A stretch of 64,000 bases of DNA from Candidatus Methanoperedenaceae archaeon GB37 (GTDB lineage Archaea > Halobacteriota > Methanosarcinia > Methanosarcinales > EX4572-44). Every line of letters begins with the position of its first letter. Positions within the stretch are counted from its first letter, which is position 1. The position numbers and the translations under genes are program-made. A model generated the notes under the pieces. The model worked only from the letters and a program-made list of their open reading frames with translations. It was not told where the DNA came from and ran no database searches. The DNA is taken from assembly GCA_905171695.1 (NCBI GenBank), contig LR991653.1, positions 1,146,150-1,210,149 on the forward strand, given 5' to 3'. Below are positions 59,919-64,000 of this stretch, in pieces.

Positions 59919-61196
59919 TCAAGTGCTTCCTTCAATACTGGCGCCAAGTCTTCTCATATCTTCAAAGAAGTTTGGATATGAGATCTTGACAGACTCTGCT
60001 GTGCTGATGGTGGTGTTGCCTGCTGCAATCCCTGCAAGTGTCAGTGCCATTACGATTCGGTGATCACCCCAGCCATCGAGTTTCGCGCCATGCAGTTTCG
60101 ATCCTTTGATCGTCAAACTCTCTTCTTCCTCCTTCACAATAGCGCCCATCTTTGTAAGTTCTCTTGCCATGGCGTGGACTCGATCTGTCTCTTTGTAGCG
60201 GACGTGTTTTGCGTTTTCAATCCGGGTGGTGCCCTCTGCAAGAGCGCCGAGCACTGCAAGAGTTGGCAGCAGGTCTGGAGTCTCTCCGACATCGATCACA
60301 CACCCTGTGAGCTCGCTCTCTCTCACTCTAACAACCCCTTTATTCTTGTTCCATCTGATGTCTGCACCCATCTCTTCGAGTATCTGGATGATCAGAGAAT
60401 CGCCCTGGGCAGTTGGGTACATATTGGTGACTGTTACCTCGCCGAAGAGCGCGCCTGCTGCAAGCAGGTACGAGGCTGATGAGAAGTCACCTGGAACCTG
60501 GTACTCTGAGACATGCATATTCTGCCCGCCTTCTACCCTGAATCTCAGGTTCACGCCCTCTTCGACCGTTATCTCCACTCCTGCACGTCTTAGCATCTCA
60601 AGTGTGATCTCCACATAAGGCCGTGACTTGAGCGTGCCCCGAACCACGATCTCTGTATCCCGCTCTGCAAACGGGCATGCTATGAGGAGCCCTGTGATGA
60701 ACTGTGAACTGACCGATCCGTCAATAAACGTCTTTCCACCGCGCAGCTTGCCCCGCACAACGAGTGGCGCCATCCCATTGTTACGGGTTGAAAAAGCGTC
60801 TGCGCCAAGATCGTTGAGTGCAACGAGGAGTGGATTGTTGGGGCGCCGCCTGATCGATGCATCACCAGTCAAGACCACGGCACCACTCGCAAGGGCAGAT
60901 ACAGCGGTCATGATCCTGAGAGTGGTTCCAGAGTTACCAACGTCAACGACATTATCTGGAGTGCTTATCTCCCCCTGGGTGCCGATGACCTGAATATGAT
61001 CTTCCAACCGTTCAACCTCTGCACCAAGCATCCGAGCGACATGCATGGTGCTGCGCGTATCATCCGATATCAGCGGGTCAAGAACGCGCGTTCTTCTGGC
61101 AAGTGATGCGATAGCCACTGCTCGATGGGTATAACTCTTGGATGGCGGAGCATTAACCACACCCTCCAACCGGGAAGATGAGACTCTCACATCCAT
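59919..61196 (-). CDS. aroA: 3-phosphoshikimate 1-carboxyvinyltransferase
   Basis: PPSKSYTHRA, GNSGTTLR, SSQF, RYKETDR, DHRIVM, SYPNFF. Start taken at ATG 61196. Confidence 0.96.
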   Translation of the reverse strand: MDVRVSSSRLEGVVNAPPSKSYTHRAVAIASLARRTRVLDPLISDDTRSTMHVARMLGAEVERLEDHIQVIGTQGEISTPDNVVDVGNSGTTLRIMTAVSALASGAVVLTGDASIRRRPNNPLLVALNDLGADAFSTRNNGMAPLVVRGKLRGGKTFIDGSVSSQFITGLLIACPFAERDTEIVVRGTLKSRPYVEITLEMLRRAGVEITVEEGVNLRFRVEGGQNMHVSEYQVPGDFSSASYLLAAGALFGEVTVTNMYPTAQGDSLIIQILEEMGADIRWNKNKGVVRVRESELTGCVIDVGETPDLLPTLAVLGALAEGTTRIENAKHVRYKETDRVHAMARELTKMGAIVKEEEESLTIKGSKLHGAKLDGWGDHRIVMALTLAGIAAGNTTISTAESVKISYPNFFEDMRRLGASIEGST

Positions 61197-61391
61197 AGTC
61201 CAATAGAGATGCATCCTGCTTAATAACACTATTGTCTAAATGGCTACCTGGCTACAGGCTCTCACAGTCCTGATTCGCAAGAGCAGATCCCAAACCGGGT
61301 TTGAGTATCTTCTCGTGATGCACAGGAAGTTATAAGACTCTCTGGTCCATCTTGATCATGAATCCTAAAATTGCGAAGGATCGTTCGATAG

Positions 61392-62717
61392 ATGACGAGG
61401 CGAGTGATAATCATTGGCGGCGGGCTTGCAGGGCTCACAGCAGCATACAGCCTCACGGGATCTGGCTATGAGACACTCATCTTCGAGAAGGATTCCGTTC
61501 TGGGTGGAATGCTTGCAAGTTACAACATCAACGGATACTCGATCGAGAAGTACTATCATCACCTCTTCGAATCGGACAACGAGCTTCTCCACCTGATCGA
61601 CGAACTTGGACTCAGGGAGAGAGTTGAGTGGCTTCGAGCCACAACCGGCTACTACACTCGTGGAAGAGTCTTTCCACTCAACACACCGATCCAGCTATTG
61701 AGATACCCGGATCTCAAGGTCACAGATATGATCAGATTGGCACGATTCGTGATGCGATCAAGGAAGATAGAAGACCCGATCGCTCTCGATGAAGTCACGG
61801 CGCGAGAATGGATACTCAGATCTGCCAACCGATCCATCTTTGACAACTTCTTTGCACCACTCCTCAAGAGCAAGTTCGGAAGAGAGATGGACCGGGTCTC
61901 TGCCGCATGGTTATCAAGCCGGATCAATCTTCGCTCCAATCGCGGACTTCGCGGCGAGAGGCTCGGATACATTCGCGGAGGATTTGAAGAGCTGATAAGA
62001 GCGATCGAGAGAGAGATTAGAGAACGCGGTGGAGTGATCAGGTGCAACACAGAAGTGGACCGTATCACCATTGAAGAGGGTGAAGCGACTGGAGTTGAAA
62101 TAGGGGGGTCTTTCGTCCCTTCAGATGCTGTGATCTCCACAGTCCCACCAAGCCAAGAGAAGAAAACTCCAGCTACACCGAAGATACCTGAACTCGAGAA
62201 CGGGACAGGCACCCACCCAACTGGCAGTGGTATCAGGTACCAGGGGAGTCTATGCCTCCTGATAGGACTTGAAGAGCGATTGATGAAAGAGACATACTGG
62301 CTCAACATAAGACCGGAGACGCCATTCGGAGCGGTGATAGAGCACACAAACCTCATACCACCTGAAGAGTACAGCGGCGATCACCTCGTATACCTCGCCA
62401 CATACCTTCAGGAGGCCGATGAGAGCCTCATGACCGCGCGAGAAGAAGAGGTGGCAGAACTCTACATAACCGCCCTTGAGAAACTCTTCCCAACATTTAA
62501 TAGAGAGAAGGTGCTCTGGTGGAGACTTGCAAGAGAGAGGTGCACAGCACCAATCTATGAAACAGGATATCGAAAGAGAATCCTCCCATATAAGACCCCG
62601 ATCAAGAACCTATACCTTGCAGGGATCTTCTCACACCCAAACTACCCTGAGCGCAGCATGAACGGGTCAATAAGAGCAGGAATTGCCTGTGCAGGTGAGA
62701 TCATCAAAGCAGTCTGA
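61392..62717 (+). CDS. FAD-dependent oxidoreductase (protoporphyrinogen oxidase/amine oxidase-like)
   Basis: IIGGGLAGLTAA, GGML, EKYYHH, ERSMNG. Confidence 0.8.
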   Translation: MTRRVIIIGGGLAGLTAAYSLTGSGYETLIFEKDSVLGGMLASYNINGYSIEKYYHHLFESDNELLHLIDELGLRERVEWLRATTGYYTRGRVFPLNTPIQLLRYPDLKVTDMIRLARFVMRSRKIEDPIALDEVTAREWILRSANRSIFDNFFAPLLKSKFGREMDRVSAAWLSSRINLRSNRGLRGERLGYIRGGFEELIRAIEREIRERGGVIRCNTEVDRITIEEGEATGVEIGGSFVPSDAVISTVPPSQEKKTPATPKIPELENGTGTHPTGSGIRYQGSLCLLIGLEERLMKETYWLNIRPETPFGAVIEHTNLIPPEEYSGDHLVYLATYLQEADESLMTAREEEVAELYITALEKLFPTFNREKVLWWRLARERCTAPIYETGYRKRILPYKTPIKNLYLAGIFSHPNYPERSMNGSIRAGIACAGEIIKAV

Positions 62718-62793
62718 GTCAATTCACAGTTCGGAGATCAATATCCCTCTCGTGGGGTTAAGTTTATTTCATGTAAATATAATACTTTACTCT

Positions 62794-63109
62794 TGGCGGG
62801 ATAGCCTGGGCAATTCGACGTTGCCTGTAACCCGAAACCGTCGATATGCGGGGGGCGAAGCCAATGGAAGATATCCTGCTCCTCTGTGCCAGCCCATGAG
62901 GATAACGGTGAAGTCTCGTCCCGTGGGGATGGTGTTGCCATGAAGGGCCGCTGGAGAGTGGTTCTTCATGGCTTAATCATGGAGAACGGTTCAGGCCCGG
63001 AAGGGAGCAGACCAGCCATGAACAACCATCGCTCATGGGGCTGCGGGATGGAGAAGTCCTCTGGACCACTGGGCAGTGGAGGGGATAGCGACCTGCGGCA
63101 CTCCCGCCA
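62794..63109 (+). ncRNA. ffs: Archaeal signal recognition particle (7S) RNA
   Basis: Helix-8 signature CAGGCCCGGAAGGGAGCAG at 62992-63010; 5' TGGCGGGA pairs with 3' TCCCGCCA; TGTAA Alu-domain motif; 316 nt; AT-rich promoter-like sequence upstream. Confidence 0.92.
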
Positions 63110-63166
63110 CAATCTAAAGAGTGTGATCAGTTAATCGGTTGTTAAATCTGAGCTGATTTTATTGGA

Positions 63167-63988
63167 ATGAGTCTCATGCTGGACGTTGGTATTGTTGGCT
63201 GCGGTGCCATCGGAACGATACTTGCTAGGTTTATAACAGAAGATGCCAGCGGGCTCAGGCTCGTATCGATATCTGACAGGCACATCGAGAAGTCGGAGAG
63301 GCTTGCCTCAACCCTCACCCCCCAACCCCTGATAGAGAGCGTCTCGCAGATGGCTGAGCATACAGATGTCATCGTCGAGTCCGCCTCAGTCTCAGCAGTT
63401 CCTGAAGTAGCAAGAACAGCGCTCTCACACGGCTCTCAGGTTATGATAATGAGTGTTGGAGCTCTCGCAGACCCAGAGCTCAGAAGTGAACTGGTGGAGC
63501 TTGCCAAGAAGAACAATACCAAGATACATGTTCCATCAGGTGCAATAATTGGAATCGACGGCATCAAAGCAGCTAAGATCATTGGGATGAAGAGAGTGGT
63601 TTTGAAGACCAGAAAACACCCAGAAAGCCTCAAAGACGCACCATACATCAAAGAAAAGAGAATAAACCTCGATTCTCTCACCGAAGAAACCCTTATATTC
63701 ACAGGAACAGCAAGAGAAGCCACCACCGCCTTCCCAACAAATATCAACGTTGCAGCCACCCTCAGCCTATCAGGCATAGGACCTGAGAAGACGAGTGTGG
63801 AGATATACGCAGACCCACATCTAACCAGAAACGTTCACGAGATAGAGGTTGAAGGCAGTTTCGGCAGGTTCACAACAAGAGTTGAGAACGTGCCATCTTC
63901 AGAGAATCCACGAACAAGCTACCTCGCAGCCCTCTCAGCCATAGCAACCCTCAAAAAGATGACAGAACCATTACAGATAGGCACCTGA
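63167..63988 (+). CDS. nadX: L-aspartate dehydrogenase
   Basis: VGCGAIG, ESAS, MSVGAL, PSGAIIGID, FPTNINVAA, NPRTSYLAA. Confidence 0.93.
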   Translation: MSLMLDVGIVGCGAIGTILARFITEDASGLRLVSISDRHIEKSERLASTLTPQPLIESVSQMAEHTDVIVESASVSAVPEVARTALSHGSQVMIMSVGALADPELRSELVELAKKNNTKIHVPSGAIIGIDGIKAAKIIGMKRVVLKTRKHPESLKDAPYIKEKRINLDSLTEETLIFTGTAREATTAFPTNINVAATLSLSGIGPEKTSVEIYADPHLTRNVHEIEVEGSFGRFTTRVENVPSSENPRTSYLAALSAIATLKKMTEPLQIGT

Positions 63989-64000
63989 AGGATGACCAAT

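Noticed and set aside
62794-63109. RNase P RNA or a coding region (ORFs 62683-63134)
   Set aside because: The SRP helix-8 motif and terminal pairing identify it as 7S RNA. RNase P P4 signatures are absent, and the overlapping ORFs have no recognisable motifs.
2492-63777. Numerous long antisense/alternate-frame ORFs (for example 2713-3318, 33618-34106, 47696-48334, 54821-55429, 58260-58901)
   Set aside because: They are shadows of well-supported genes. The strong local G/T or A/C skew depletes stop codons in other frames, and none shows a protein motif.
1-64000. tRNA, rRNA or provirus hallmark genes
   Set aside because: No T-loop/anticodon cloverleaf, rRNA signature, capsid, terminase or replication-protein motifs were recognised by eye. 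A tRNAscan-SE run would be needed to exclude intron-containing tRNAs.

Overview
Archaeal chromosomal window. Markers include aIF5B, Csl4, Rpo11, S8e, an archaeal SRP RNA, a PGF-CTERM-like sorting signal, gyrase, UvrB and a multiheme cytochrome. These fit a Halobacteriota methane/alkane-metabolising lineage such as ANME-1/Syntrophoarchaeum-like; this placement is inferred, not tested. Blocks of housekeeping genes alternate with AT-rich accessory patches at about 0.1-2.2, 13.8-26.0, 30.6-33.6, 41.5-44.8, 48.4-54.8 and 59.4-59.9 kb. These patches hold IS debris, a PLD-SNF2 helicase plus N6-adenine methyltransferase defence pair, an HD phosphohydrolase and eight toxin-antitoxin toxins, six of them disrupted. 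Main observations: (1) an island bounded by a 350-bp duplication of the rps8e promoter/5' end, in which cargo units are separated by three ~44-bp hairpin repeats built like the local IS200/IS605 end hairpins (6-bp stem, TTCA loop), suggesting a HUH-transposase-built cassette array; (2) a sawtooth G+T versus A+C strand skew that resets every ~3-6 kb largely regardless of gene orientation; (3) seven exact 9-16 bp tandem duplications, nearly all without junction microhomology, five of which frameshift accessory genes; (4) a 45-bp twin-hairpin element inserted cleanly into tnpA; (5) an attC-like palindrome and a tyrosine recombinase remnant. No CRISPR array, tRNA or rRNA was seen. All motif readings and counts were done by eye; no database searches were run.
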